The notes: generated by a model not told the origin, from the letters alone. Counted from the first letter of the stretch, positions 44,308-54,012 are shown. The stretch: 64,000 bases of DNA from Clostridia bacterium (GCA_017450965.1 JAFSSQ010000023.1:30074-94073); one strand, 5' to 3'. Made by a program: numbers and translations.

Positions 44308-45657
44308 ATGAAAAACCGGAAACTCAAAACGGCGGCGGTCCTCCTGTTTGCCGTCATGCTGATCGGCGTCCTTCCCGTTGTCGGTTCTCACGCGGCGGGC
44401 GCTACCGTCGCCTATCTGATGGACGGCGGAGCAGGCCTTGCCGACGGCTCCTCCCCCGAGAACGCGGCTCCTTCGCTCGACGTCGCCTTTGCCGCGCTCG
44501 ACCTCAGTCAGGATTGCACCGTTGTGATCTGCGGACCCTTTTTGATGCTGGATGAGTGGAACTGGGGCGTCCCCTATACCGGCAGCGTGACCTACACCTC
44601 CGTTTACAACGGCATCGACTACCGCGAGACGGCGGGCGCCGTCTTCTCCACCGAGTATAAAAACTTCGTCTGCGCCGGCGCAACGATCTTTGAGAATATG
44701 ATCCTGAACTGCGTGACGGCCAACGGGATCCATATCGACTGCCAGTTCTATCCCTTTAAGATCGGGTACGGACTTGAAGTGCAGGGCGATTTTCTGACCG
44801 GTCTCTCCGACGCGAAGTCCGTGTTCATCGTCGGCGGCTTCCAGTCCGGCAAGGGCGAGGCGGTGATGGGCGCGACCCAGAACGACCGCAGCAGCACGAT
44901 CGAAGTTTATTCCGGCACGAACCTTCTCATCATTGCCGGCTCCCGCGGGTTTTCCGGTGAGATCTACACCGGTACCGTGAGTATCACGGTCGGCGGGACC
45001 GCCGAGGTCGGCGCCGTTTACACCGGCGGCCTCAAGAACAGCGAATGTCTCTTCGGCCGGACCAACCTCATCGTCCAGAGCGGCGGCGTGGTCAAAAATA
45101 TGTATACCACCACCAACAACCAGAAAAACTGCATCACCGACTCTCTGCACGTCTATTATTACGGCGGCTCGATCGGCGGCGTGAACGAGGCAGTCATTGA
45201 CGCGACCCACGAGGACGGCGATCCGATGACCTTCACCAACGGCAAGCATCTGCACGTGACGGCGGATATTGCCGCCGGGCTTTCCGATGATTTCAAGTAT
45301 TTCTTTAGCGATATGGAGACGGTCACGGCTCCCGCGATCGACGAGCCGAAGCCTCCGGTGATCGGTCAGAGTACGGAGACGGCGCCGGCGGAAACGCAGG
45401 ACGTCGGGACCGCCGCGCCCGAAACGGACAAGGCGACGGAACAGATCACCGATAAAGCGACGGAAAAAGTTACCGACAAAGCGACCGACAAAACGACGGA
45501 AAAACCCGGCACAGGCAGCACGCCCGCGTCAACGCAGGTTCCCGGCGGAGACGACGCCCCGTCCTCTTCGCTTCCGCTCATCCTCGGCGCGATCGCTGCG
45601 GCGATCGCCGTTGCCGCGGCGGTTATCGTCGTGATCCTGAAACGCAAAAAGGCGTGA
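44308..45657 (+). CDS. secreted, C-terminally membrane-anchored protein (putative parallel beta-helix; paralog 1 of 3)
   Basis: Signal peptide. The N-terminal segment ATVAYLMDGGAGLADGSSPENAAPSLDVAFAAL resembles the N-cap of pectate-lyase-fold proteins. TDKATEK repeats. C-terminal TM + KRKKA. Confidence 0.6.
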   Translation: MKNRKLKTAAVLLFAVMLIGVLPVVGSHAAGATVAYLMDGGAGLADGSSPENAAPSLDVAFAALDLSQDCTVVICGPFLMLDEWNWGVPYTGSVTYTSVYNGIDYRETAGAVFSTEYKNFVCAGATIFENMILNCVTANGIHIDCQFYPFKIGYGLEVQGDFLTGLSDAKSVFIVGGFQSGKGEAVMGATQNDRSSTIEVYSGTNLLIIAGSRGFSGEIYTGTVSITVGGTAEVGAVYTGGLKNSECLFGRTNLIVQSGGVVKNMYTTTNNQKNCITDSLHVYYYGGSIGGVNEAVIDATHEDGDPMTFTNGKHLHVTADIAAGLSDDFKYFFSDMETVTAPAIDEPKPPVIGQSTETAPAETQDVGTAAPETDKATEQITDKATEKVTDKATDKTTEKPGTGSTPASTQVPGGDDAPSSSLPLILGAIAAAIAVAAAVIVVILKRKKA

Positions 45658-45694
45658 TCTCTCCTCCGCGCATCCCTCTGTCAAGGAGAAATCC

Positions 45695-48600
45695 ATGAAA
45701 CGTTTTTATCCCGCGCTTTGCGCTTTCCTTGCGGTCTGCACGCTGTTTGTGCTGATCCGCATCCTCCCGGGTACGGCCGCGGCGGCGGGGACGACCGTCT
45801 ATCTCGACGCGTCCGCCGGCAGCGACGCCGCCTCCGGGGAGCGCTCTGCGCCGAAAAAGACGCTGAACGCCGCGATCGAAGCGCTCGGCGGCGCGGACGG
45901 CGAGATCCGTCTCCTCTCCGATACCAGCGTGACGGGTGAGTTTGACGAAGCGGATCACGCCGGTCGTATCACGCTCTCCTCGGAAGAGGGCGCCGCCCTC
46001 GTGCTCGCCGCCTCTTCCGTCTATCGGATGAACGGAGAAACGGTTTTCGGCGATCTGACGGTCCGCGCCGGATCCAAGGCGGTCATCGCCGCGCAGTTTT
46101 ACCCCGTTACCTTCGGGGAAGGGGTCAACATTCAGAACGGCGCGCAGAATCTCTTTGTCAACGGCGGGTATGAAAAGCCCTCCGGCACGCATCCCACCGA
46201 CCGCGACGCCCATATAACGATCCATGGAGGCGATTTTTACGCCGTTTGCGGGTTTACCCGCACCAAGGGCGCGGCCAGTACCTACTACTCCGGCACCGCC
46301 TATCTCACGGTGACCGGCGGCACCGTCGCCCTCCTTTACGGCGGGCCGCTCTATAACCACGCGGGCGGCAGCGCCGACATCTCGGTCACGGGCGGGACGG
46401 TCAATACCCTCTATACCGCCGGAGACGTGACGCGCAAGCTGAGCGGCAGCGCAACGCTGCGCTTTGCCGGCGGAACGGTCCGTACCATCCGGGTCAACAA
46501 CGTGATCGGCAACGTCCGCGCCGTCTTCTCCGGCACAGCGTTCGACCGCGTGCTTGTCGAGTACGCAAGCGATGCGCTGAAAAGCGAGTCGGAGAAAAAC
46601 AGAAGCTATAAAACGGCGGAGTACGACGCCTCTCTCTACGACGAGGCGCATATCCGCCAGATCGTTTCCGCGTTTGACGAGACAAAAAATCTCTCCCGTC
46701 TCCGCGTATCTCCGGACGGCTCCGTCCGGACGCTGGAGGAAGGGTTCCGCCTTCTCTCTCCCGCGGACGGCGAGCTGATCGTTGCCGGTACGACCTCTCT
46801 TTCCTCCTGTACGCTGAAGGAGACCGAGGTCCCCGTTACCGTGCGGGGCGAGGAGGGAGCCAAACTGATCCTGGAACGGGGGGCGGTCGTGGAGATCCCG
46901 TCCTCTCTGACCCTTGAAAACCTGACGGTCTCCGCGCCCGAGGGCGCTACGCTCCGGCTGCGTTCTTCCTTTACGGCGGCGGAGAGCGTAACGACGGAGG
47001 GCGATCTTGCGATTGTGATCGAGCCGGAAGAGTCTTCCGCCGTGATCCTTTCCGGCGGCCGTTACGCTTCCGTTTCCGTCTCCGGTCAGGCGGTCTTCGC
47101 CTGCGCGGGATCGGAAGTCGCCTCCGTGACGGCGGAAAACGCGCCCGACGCCGTGATCGACGTTGCGGACGGCAGGATCGGATCGCTTAACCTGAACGGG
47201 CAAACCGCTCTCCGCTGCTTTGGCGGGGAGATCGGGACCCTGACCGCCTCCGGTACGCTTGTGATGTACCGCGACAAAACGGTGATCGGCGGCGCCGCCC
47301 TTACTTTATCCGCCGACAGCAGACTTCTGCTTGCGGACCGGGCCGGGGGAGGGGAAGAACTCCGCGTTTCCTTTCCGCGGACGGAGGAGCGGACCTTCTG
47401 CTATCTTGCCGATTCCGGCAAGGGCGACGGATCCTCTCCTTACGCTCCCCTCTCCAGTCTGAAATCGGCGGTCGCCGCGCTCCCGGACGGCGGAAAAGTC
47501 GTTCTCTGCGGCGACTATACCCACAACGAACTGCGTATGGGCGAGCACGCCTTTCCCGTTACGATCACGGCAAACGACGGGTTTACCGACTACGGCGCTC
47601 GTCTCGAACTGCAGACCAGCTTTATCGCGGGCGGGGATACGCTTTTTGAATTCCTGACGATCACGGCGCCGAAGGCGGACCTTCGCATCTACGGCGCGGG
47701 ACACAGCCTCACCGTCGGAGAGAACGTTTCCACCGAGCTGATCGACGCCAATACCTCCTGGCCGAACCTGTGCGGCGGCAGTCCGAACGCGGCGGAGCTC
47801 GGCGGGAAGATCTCGGTCACCGTATGCAGCGGGGAATGGGGCTGGCTGACCGGCGGCTCGATCGTAACGGATACGAACCTCCCGCAAAACGGCGGCGAGA
47901 TCGAGATCACGATCAACGGCGGGATCTTCCACAAATACGTAACGCTGTCCGCCGCGCGGTTCGTGCGCGGCAGCGCCAAGCTGACGGTCAACGGCGGCAC
48001 CCTTTACGGCGGGATCTTTGGACTCCGCGAAACGAGCGCCGCGATCACCGATATTTTCAACTGGGATTTCGACGTGACGGTCAACGGCGGGCAGATCTGG
48101 TTCGAGATATCTCCCGCCTATCTGCGGACCACCCGCCAGAACGGCAGCTGGAAGGTCACCTTGAACGGCGGCGACTTCTCCCACCTTACCGATCTGAATG
48201 GTTCGGAGAAATTTGCCGGTAAACTGACAAGCGAGCTTGTCGTCTCGGACGGCGTAGATCTGACCCGCGAGGAGAGCGGAGAGATCGCCTTTGCCAACCC
48301 TCTGCGCGAGGGCGCCGATCCCTGGATGTTCTATTACGGCGGTTTTTACTGGTACGCCGCGACCGGCGGGGTCTTGCATAAGCTGGCCAATCCCTCCGAC
48401 CTCGCCTATTCGGCCGGGCATCAGATCCTGTTCCCGAAAGCCAACACCGACTATTCCCGCAAGATGTGGTCTCCCGAGATCCACTATTTCACCGAGGAGG
48501 AAGCGGGCGAGGGCAACGGCGGCTGGTATCTCTTTATCGCGGCGGATAACGGCGCGGACACGGCGGAGTTTATCAGCGCGTTCGTCTATAAATGCCTCGA

Positions 48601-49528
48601 CGGCGACGATCTGCTCGGCAGATGGGGGCACCCCGAAACGGGAGAAGCAAACGTCCCCGCCCGGATGTCCAACGCGGACGATCCCACGATCAACGCGGGC
48701 ACGACGCTGTTTGGCGGGATGTCGGTCCTCAAGGTGAACGGAAAAGCCTATATTACCTACGTCAGCGAAGAGGGAAGAGGCACCAAGGACTTTTATCAGA
48801 CGATCAATATCAGCCGGTTCCTTACTCCCTGGAAGCTCTGCGGCGAACCGACGGTGATCTGCGTTCCCGAGTACGACTGGGAACGAGGCGGTTACGGCTA
48901 TTCCGCCGCCAAGGGAACGTGGTATCCCGCGGTCGTCGAAGGCAGCACCGCCGTCTACGGCGACAACGGCGAGATCTTTGTGATCTATTCCGGCAGCGGC
49001 TACTGGACGACCAAATACTGCCTCGCCCAGCTCACCCTGACGGGGGACGATCCGATGATTGCCGCTAACTGGGAAAAAGAGAAAAAGCCCTTTTTCACGC
49101 TTTCCTCCGAGGTAAACGGATGCGGACACGCCTCCTATTTTACCGATCACGAGGGGACCCGCTGGGTCTGCTATCACGCCTATATCGGCTCGGATACCTC
49201 CAGCGGACGTTTCGCCTTCTTGGAGCCCTATACGATCCGGGACGGCAAGATGGTCGTCGGCAACGGCAGCGGACACCCGAACGCCCTCTCGACCTCGTAC
49301 ACGGTCTCCCTCAACCCAAAACCGCTTGCCGACAAGATCTCCGGCTTCGGCAAAACCAGCGTCTCCGCAAGCCCGCAGACGCCGGAGGATACGACGGGGA
49401 ACGTTCCCGCCGTTCCGGATCCGTCCGAACCTTCCTATCTGATCTGGTATATCTTCTTCGGTCTTCTGATCGCGGCGGCGGTCGCGGTCATCCTCTTCAC
49501 CATCCGCAAACCCAAACAAAAATCCTGA
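45695..49528 (+). CDS. 1277-aa surface-anchored protein: beta-helix-like repeats + glycoside hydrolase family 43-like domain + C-terminal TM anchor
   Basis: Signal peptide. N-cap TTVYLDASAGSDAASGERSAPKKTLNAAIEAL. GH43-type motifs GADPWMFYYGGFYWY, MWSPEIHYF, EGSTAVY. C-terminal TM + RKPKQKS. Confidence 0.7.
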   Translation: MKRFYPALCAFLAVCTLFVLIRILPGTAAAAGTTVYLDASAGSDAASGERSAPKKTLNAAIEALGGADGEIRLLSDTSVTGEFDEADHAGRITLSSEEGAALVLAASSVYRMNGETVFGDLTVRAGSKAVIAAQFYPVTFGEGVNIQNGAQNLFVNGGYEKPSGTHPTDRDAHITIHGGDFYAVCGFTRTKGAASTYYSGTAYLTVTGGTVALLYGGPLYNHAGGSADISVTGGTVNTLYTAGDVTRKLSGSATLRFAGGTVRTIRVNNVIGNVRAVFSGTAFDRVLVEYASDALKSESEKNRSYKTAEYDASLYDEAHIRQIVSAFDETKNLSRLRVSPDGSVRTLEEGFRLLSPADGELIVAGTTSLSSCTLKETEVPVTVRGEEGAKLILERGAVVEIPSSLTLENLTVSAPEGATLRLRSSFTAAESVTTEGDLAIVIEPEESSAVILSGGRYASVSVSGQAVFACAGSEVASVTAENAPDAVIDVADGRIGSLNLNGQTALRCFGGEIGTLTASGTLVMYRDKTVIGGAALTLSADSRLLLADRAGGGEELRVSFPRTEERTFCYLADSGKGDGSSPYAPLSSLKSAVAALPDGGKVVLCGDYTHNELRMGEHAFPVTITANDGFTDYGARLELQTSFIAGGDTLFEFLTITAPKADLRIYGAGHSLTVGENVSTELIDANTSWPNLCGGSPNAAELGGKISVTVCSGEWGWLTGGSIVTDTNLPQNGGEIEITINGGIFHKYVTLSAARFVRGSAKLTVNGGTLYGGIFGLRETSAAITDIFNWDFDVTVNGGQIWFEISPAYLRTTRQNGSWKVTLNGGDFSHLTDLNGSEKFAGKLTSELVVSDGVDLTREESGEIAFANPLREGADPWMFYYGGFYWYAATGGVLHKLANPSDLAYSAGHQILFPKANTDYSRKMWSPEIHYFTEEEAGEGNGGWYLFIAADNGADTAEFISAFVYKCLDGDDLLGRWGHPETGEANVPARMSNADDPTINAGTTLFGGMSVLKVNGKAYITYVSEEGRGTKDFYQTINISRFLTPWKLCGEPTVICVPEYDWERGGYGYSAAKGTWYPAVVEGSTAVYGDNGEIFVIYSGSGYWTTKYCLAQLTLTGDDPMIAANWEKEKKPFFTLSSEVNGCGHASYFTDHEGTRWVCYHAYIGSDTSSGRFAFLEPYTIRDGKMVVGNGSGHPNALSTSYTVSLNPKPLADKISGFGKTSVSASPQTPEDTTGNVPAVPDPSEPSYLIWYIFFGLLIAAAVAVILFTIRKPKQKS

Positions 49529-49636
49529 CGGAGGACGATCCCATCCCGCGGCGGGAGGAAAAAAGATCCTTCCCGCTCTCCCACACGTTACGCAAACGCA
49601 AAATGCGTAAAATATTATAGAAAAGGTGGTAAAACC

Positions 49637-50791
49637 ATGAAAAAGGCGCTTACTCTTTGTCTGGCACTGATCGTCATCTTTGCAATGGCGGCATTTCCCG
49701 CATCTGCCGCAACAAAGGATCTCTATGTGGCGGCCGGCGGCACCGGAGACGGTACGCAGGCCTCCCCCCTCGGCACTCTTGAAGATGCGTACGCTGCGGC
49801 GGCCGCGCTGACCGACGACGTTGTGATCCATCTGGATAACGTCTCAACGGCGACGACCGGCAACTTCACCGCTCCCGCGCACACCAACGCGATCACCCTC
49901 ACCGGTACCCTCACGGATGCTCACACCGCGGACTGGTTCTTCATCTCCGGCGGCCCTCTGACGCTCAAGAACCTCACCATCACGGCGGGCGCGAAAAACC
50001 TTCTCTTCCTTGCCGGCGTCAATCCCTTTACCGTTGACGAAGGCGTTGTGACCACGCTCGGCAAGACTTGCATCTACGCTCTCGGTTCCGTTTCCACGGC
50101 TATCACCGCGGGCAACATCGACATCACCGTCAAGTCCGGTTCGTTCAGCGATGTTGCGGTTTTCCGCAACAAAGCGCCCAATAACATCGAAGGCAACGCC
50201 AAGATCACTGTTTCCGGCACCGCCGAGATCAACAACCTCGTCGTGGCCCGCAACAACTGGACAACCATCACCAACGCCGAGATCATTCTGGAAGGCGGCA
50301 AGGTCAACCGTTTTGTCGGCAACTGCGACCGTACCGTGAACACTCTTCTCGGTGAGAGTAAGACCGGGGTTTCCGGCAAGTTCACGCTGACCGTCAAGAC
50401 CGGCTTCAACTTTGCCGACTCCTTCAATGAAACCAATTCTTCCACGACCTTCTTCGGTCTCTCCGGTTCCACCGTCGCCGTTTCCGGGAAGGACGCCGTC
50501 GGCGTTGCGGAATACGTTCTCTTGATCGACGAGGCAATCTATGACACCGTGAAGAACAACACCGACAAGTGCCAGGCCGATTCCTTCGATTCGATCGAAA
50601 AGATCGCGGCCGCCGGCACAGGCACGGACACGGGTACGGATACCGGCACGGGAACCGGTACCGGCACGGGGACGGGAACGGATACGCCCGCGCCCGCGAC
50701 CGGCAGCACGACCGTGACCGTTGCCGCTGTGGCTGTCTGCTCGCTTCTCGGCGCCGCACACCTTCTCAATAAGAAGAAGGAAAACGCCTGA
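49637..50791 (+). CDS. secreted, C-terminally anchored protein (putative beta-helix; paralog 3 of 3)
   Basis: Signal peptide. N-cap KDLYVAAGGTGDGTQASPLGTLEDAYAAA. (GT/DT)12 linker. PATG + hydrophobic segment + KKKENA tail. Confidence 0.6.
   Translation: MKKALTLCLALIVIFAMAAFPASAATKDLYVAAGGTGDGTQASPLGTLEDAYAAAAALTDDVVIHLDNVSTATTGNFTAPAHTNAITLTGTLTDAHTADWFFISGGPLTLKNLTITAGAKNLLFLAGVNPFTVDEGVVTTLGKTCIYALGSVSTAITAGNIDITVKSGSFSDVAVFRNKAPNNIEGNAKITVSGTAEINNLVVARNNWTTITNAEIILEGGKVNRFVGNCDRTVNTLLGESKTGVSGKFTLTVKTGFNFADSFNETNSSTTFFGLSGSTVAVSGKDAVGVAEYVLLIDEAIYDTVKNNTDKCQADSFDSIEKIAAAGTGTDTGTDTGTGTGTGTGTGTDTPAPATGSTTVTVAAVAVCSLLGAAHLLNKKKENA
50615..50686 (+). repeat. 72-nt dipeptide-coding tandem repeat (GT/DT x12)
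   Basis: GGCACn/GGnACG/GAnACG hexamers encoding GTGTDTGTDTGTGTGTGTGTGTDT. Confidence 0.85.
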
Positions 50792-50807
50792 GAATCCGAA
50801 AAACAAG

Positions 50808-52349
50808 ATGAAAAAACAAAATCAGACGATCCTTGCTTTTCTTCTGGCCTGTCTTCTCGCTCTTCCGCTTCTTTCCTTCGCCGGGTGCGTGAACAAGCCA
50901 AACGATCCCGTGACGAGCGATTTCTCCGGTCCGGGCGGGAGCGATACCGCGGAGCCGATCCCCGCCTCGGACGAGTATACCGCGCCGGACGAGGATATGG
51001 AAGGGTATGAATTCATCGCCTATGAGGTCATGTTCAACGAAAGCGAGTTCATCAATGACTTCAGGGTCGAAGAGAACGCGATCACCGTCATTGACCAGGC
51101 GATCTTTAACCGCAACACCGCGGTTGAGGAGAAGTACAAGATCAAGATCAGTGAGGTATACAAAAAAGGCGACAAAACCGACGGTACCACAGCGGGCTAC
51201 GGCGGACTGATCCAGCTGCAGACCTCGGGAGACACGCTCTATGACTGCGCGGTCCTCCCGGGCTACGACTGCGCCAAGCTGGCGCACGCCGGCGCTTTGA
51301 CAGACCTTGCCTCCTTTGATCCTTCGGTGCTGGATTTCACGCACAGCTGGTGGGATCAGCAGGCGCGCGAGTCGTTTACCATCAAGGATATGCTTTTCTT
51401 CACGACCGGCGATTTCAGCGTGGATATCCCGAACGCAACGGTCGTTGTCACCTTCAACAAAAAGCTGGCCGGGCAATACGAGATCAAGGATCTGTATCAG
51501 CTTGCGGAGGAAGGAAAGTGGACGATGGACAAGTGGATGGAATACTCCTCTCTTGTCCATGACGATCTGGACGGAGACGGCTTCCGCACCGAGAAGGATC
51601 TGTACGGCTCCCTCTTGTGGGACGACTCGATCTACGCCGCGGTCAACGCCGCCGGCGAGCGCTGCTGCGACCTTGACTCGGACGGTAATCTCGTCCTCAC
51701 GATCGCGACCGAGCGCCTTGTCTCCGCGTTCCAGAAATACGTGGATTTTGCCAAGACCGAGTCCTGCCTGCGCTATCAGCAGACCTTCAACGCTTCGACG
51801 GGCGAGGGGACCAGTTCTCCCTTCTCCGGTCACGAAACGCGGATGTTCCCGAACGATCAGGGACTTTTTCTGATCACGTGCCTCAGCGTTGTGACCCGTA
51901 ATTTCCGCGATATGGACACGGACTACGGGATCCTGCCGATGTTCAAGTTCGACGATGCACAGGATCGCTATTACAACAACATCGCGCCTTGGTCCTCCCG
52001 CTTCCTCTGTATGCCTGTCAATCTTGAGGACGGGGATCGCAGCGCAAAGATCCTGGAGGCGGTCGGACATTTCTCGACCAAGACGGTCATGAACGCTTAC
52101 TACGAGAAGACCCTGCACGGCTCCACCGTCCGCGACGAGGAGAGTCTGCCGATGCTCGAGCTGATCAACCGGACGAGAATGTACGATCTCGGACTCTATT
52201 ATCAGCCCGCCAACATCAACAAGCAGATGATCATCCTCTTCCGCGCTTTCAATTCCAACTGGATGTCCCGCTACAACACCTATAAGATCACGGCGGAAAG
52301 CCAGCTGAAAAAGATCAACGAAGCGTTTGACGCGCTCAAAGAATCCTGA
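50808..52349 (+). CDS. extracellular solute-binding lipoprotein (family-1 SBP, LipO/LplA-like), orphan
   Basis: Lipobox LSFAGC. DLDGDGFRTEKDLYG and SWWDQ motifs typical of large sugar SBPs. Start ATG 50808. No permease/ATPase genes nearby. Confidence 0.6.
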   Translation: MKKQNQTILAFLLACLLALPLLSFAGCVNKPNDPVTSDFSGPGGSDTAEPIPASDEYTAPDEDMEGYEFIAYEVMFNESEFINDFRVEENAITVIDQAIFNRNTAVEEKYKIKISEVYKKGDKTDGTTAGYGGLIQLQTSGDTLYDCAVLPGYDCAKLAHAGALTDLASFDPSVLDFTHSWWDQQARESFTIKDMLFFTTGDFSVDIPNATVVVTFNKKLAGQYEIKDLYQLAEEGKWTMDKWMEYSSLVHDDLDGDGFRTEKDLYGSLLWDDSIYAAVNAAGERCCDLDSDGNLVLTIATERLVSAFQKYVDFAKTESCLRYQQTFNASTGEGTSSPFSGHETRMFPNDQGLFLITCLSVVTRNFRDMDTDYGILPMFKFDDAQDRYYNNIAPWSSRFLCMPVNLEDGDRSAKILEAVGHFSTKTVMNAYYEKTLHGSTVRDEESLPMLELINRTRMYDLGLYYQPANINKQMIILFRAFNSNWMSRYNTYKITAESQLKKINEAFDALKES

Positions 52350-52400
52350 CAAAAGAAAAAAAGCTCTGCAAAAGCAAGGTACTCTTAAGGACAGTTAATG

Positions 52401-52448
52401 AAAACCGGCTGAGGTAAGGAACAAAATCCTTATTTCAGCCGGTTTTTT
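52401..52448 (+). terminator. Rho-independent terminator after SBP gene
   Basis: Outer stem AACCGGCTGA / TCAGCCGGTT with inner TAAGGA/TCCTTA, followed by TTTTTT. Confidence 0.65.
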
Positions 52449-52486
52449 GTCGCTGATCGGCGCAAGCAGGACGTTTGTGTGCCAAT

Positions 52487-52709
52487 CGTCAAAAATCATG
52501 ATGTTTGCCCTGAAGGGCAAATGATGATTTTGCCTTACGTCAAAAATGATGATGCTCCTTTCAGTTGCAATGATGAGATGCATTCCGCCCGTGCGCGTAG
52601 GCGCTCATCATTCGGCGCCAGCCGATCATCATGCGCGCATGCGCTCATCCTATTCCGTGCAAGCGGAATGCATCATATGCCGAGTGTCCTTAAGAACACT
52701 CGGCATATG
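52487..52709. repeat. nested palindrome cluster punctuated by ATGATGA/TCATCAT heptamers (unclassified)
   Basis: 11-bp arms 52578-52588 / 52663-52673 enclose three tetraloop mini-hairpins separated by TCATCAT. A 14-bp hairpin lies at 52674-52709 and another hairpin at 52504-52521. Confidence 0.6.
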
Positions 52710-52724
52710 CAGAGCTTTTTTCTT

Positions 52725-53675
52725 TTACAGGATAAGGAAAAGATAGACGGCATAGGAGAGAAGGAGGAGGATCCCCTGCCATTTTGCGGCTTTCTGCCGG
52801 AGAAGCAGAGGCAGAAAGGAAAGGAGCGTCACGCCGAGGCAGAAGGGAAGATCCAGCGCGAGGAAGCCCGCCGCGGGGACGGGCAGCGGCTTTTTTGAGA
52901 TCAGAGAGCAGAGCGGCAGGATCAGGGAGAGGTCGATCACGTTCGCTCCGATGATATTCCCGACCGAGAGGCCGGCCTCCTTTTTCAAGATCGCCGTTAC
53001 CGTCGTGACCAGCTCCGGCAGGGAAGTGCCGATCGCCACGAGCGTGAGCGCGACGACCCGCTCCGGCACGCCGAGCCGGAGGGCGATCTCGCCGCCGCTG
53101 TCCACCATCAGGCGGCTGCCGACCACGATCCCGGCGGCGCCGAGCAAAAACAGAAGAACGTTTTGCAGCCGCTCTTTTCGGCTCTGCTTTTCTTCCGGCT
53201 CGCTCGTCTTTTCCCGCGCCTCCCGCCTTCCGGCGCGGAGATTTCCGATCATAAAGAGAAGAAAGATCCCGCCGAGGATCACGCTCCCGGGGACGGAGAG
53301 CTCTCCGCCGAGCGAGGAGAGAAGGAGCGTGACGCAGGCGGCGACAAGGAGCAGAATCGGGCGCAGAAAACGCTTCCGGTCGCAGAAGATCGGCATGGCG
53401 ATCATCGCCGCGGCCAGGACCAGCGCGGTATTCGCGGTTACGGAGCCGACCGCGTTCCCGATCGCCATCTCGTTTTTTCCCTCCGCGGCGGCAAGCGCGG
53501 AGACGATCGTCTCCGGCATGGTCGTGGCAAGGGAGACCACCGTCGCTCCGATCACAAAGGTCGGGACCCGCAGCGCCCGGGCGATCCGCGCCGCCGCGTC
53601 GACAAAGTAGTCTCCGCCCTTGACGACGAGGACGACTCCGCACAAAAAGAACAAACAGCAAAGCAGCATCGGCAC
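52725..53675 (-). CDS. calcium/sodium:cation antiporter (CaCA family, YrbG-like)
   Basis: 316 aa. Alpha-repeat motifs GATVVSLATTMPE and GNAVGS / GTSLPELVTT and GNIIGAN. Confidence 0.8.
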   Translation of the reverse strand: MPMLLCCLFFLCGVVLVVKGGDYFVDAAARIARALRVPTFVIGATVVSLATTMPETIVSALAAAEGKNEMAIGNAVGSVTANTALVLAAAMIAMPIFCDRKRFLRPILLLVAACVTLLLSSLGGELSVPGSVILGGIFLLFMIGNLRAGRREAREKTSEPEEKQSRKERLQNVLLFLLGAAGIVVGSRLMVDSGGEIALRLGVPERVVALTLVAIGTSLPELVTTVTAILKKEAGLSVGNIIGANVIDLSLILPLCSLISKKPLPVPAAGFLALDLPFCLGVTLLSFLPLLLRQKAAKWQGILLLLSYAVYLFLIL

Positions 53676-54012
53676 CCTCCGCGGTCAACTGAAAATCAAC
53701 AGCCGGCCGTCCGCCGCAGAAAACGACAAACTCGCGGCCGCGGCGGCCTCTGTCTATCTATATGTAGGAGATCGCCGGAATACGCCTTTCCCGGCGGTCC
53801 CGCTCTGCCCCCCGAATTGTGAATTTTTTGTAAATATTTGAAAAAAATGAATCATTTTTGCTTTCTGAAACGTTTTTATATATGAAAGAGCAAGATCCGC
53901 TTTTTTTCTCTCTTTTCCCGCTGATCCGACCCACGCCTCCCCGCGGGTTTCAGACAGGCGCTCCCCGGAGCCGAAAGGACGTCCGCGCCGCCGCGGCGCC
54001 TGTCTGCCGACC

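Noticed and set aside
47306-49831. 841-aa minus-strand ORF opposite the GH43 surface-protein gene, plus 45623-47203, 49844-50806 and 50766-52352
   Set aside because: The plus-strand ORFs have signal peptides, recognisable GH43/SBP motifs and SDs. The antisense frames are low-complexity and R/G/D-rich, with no start context.
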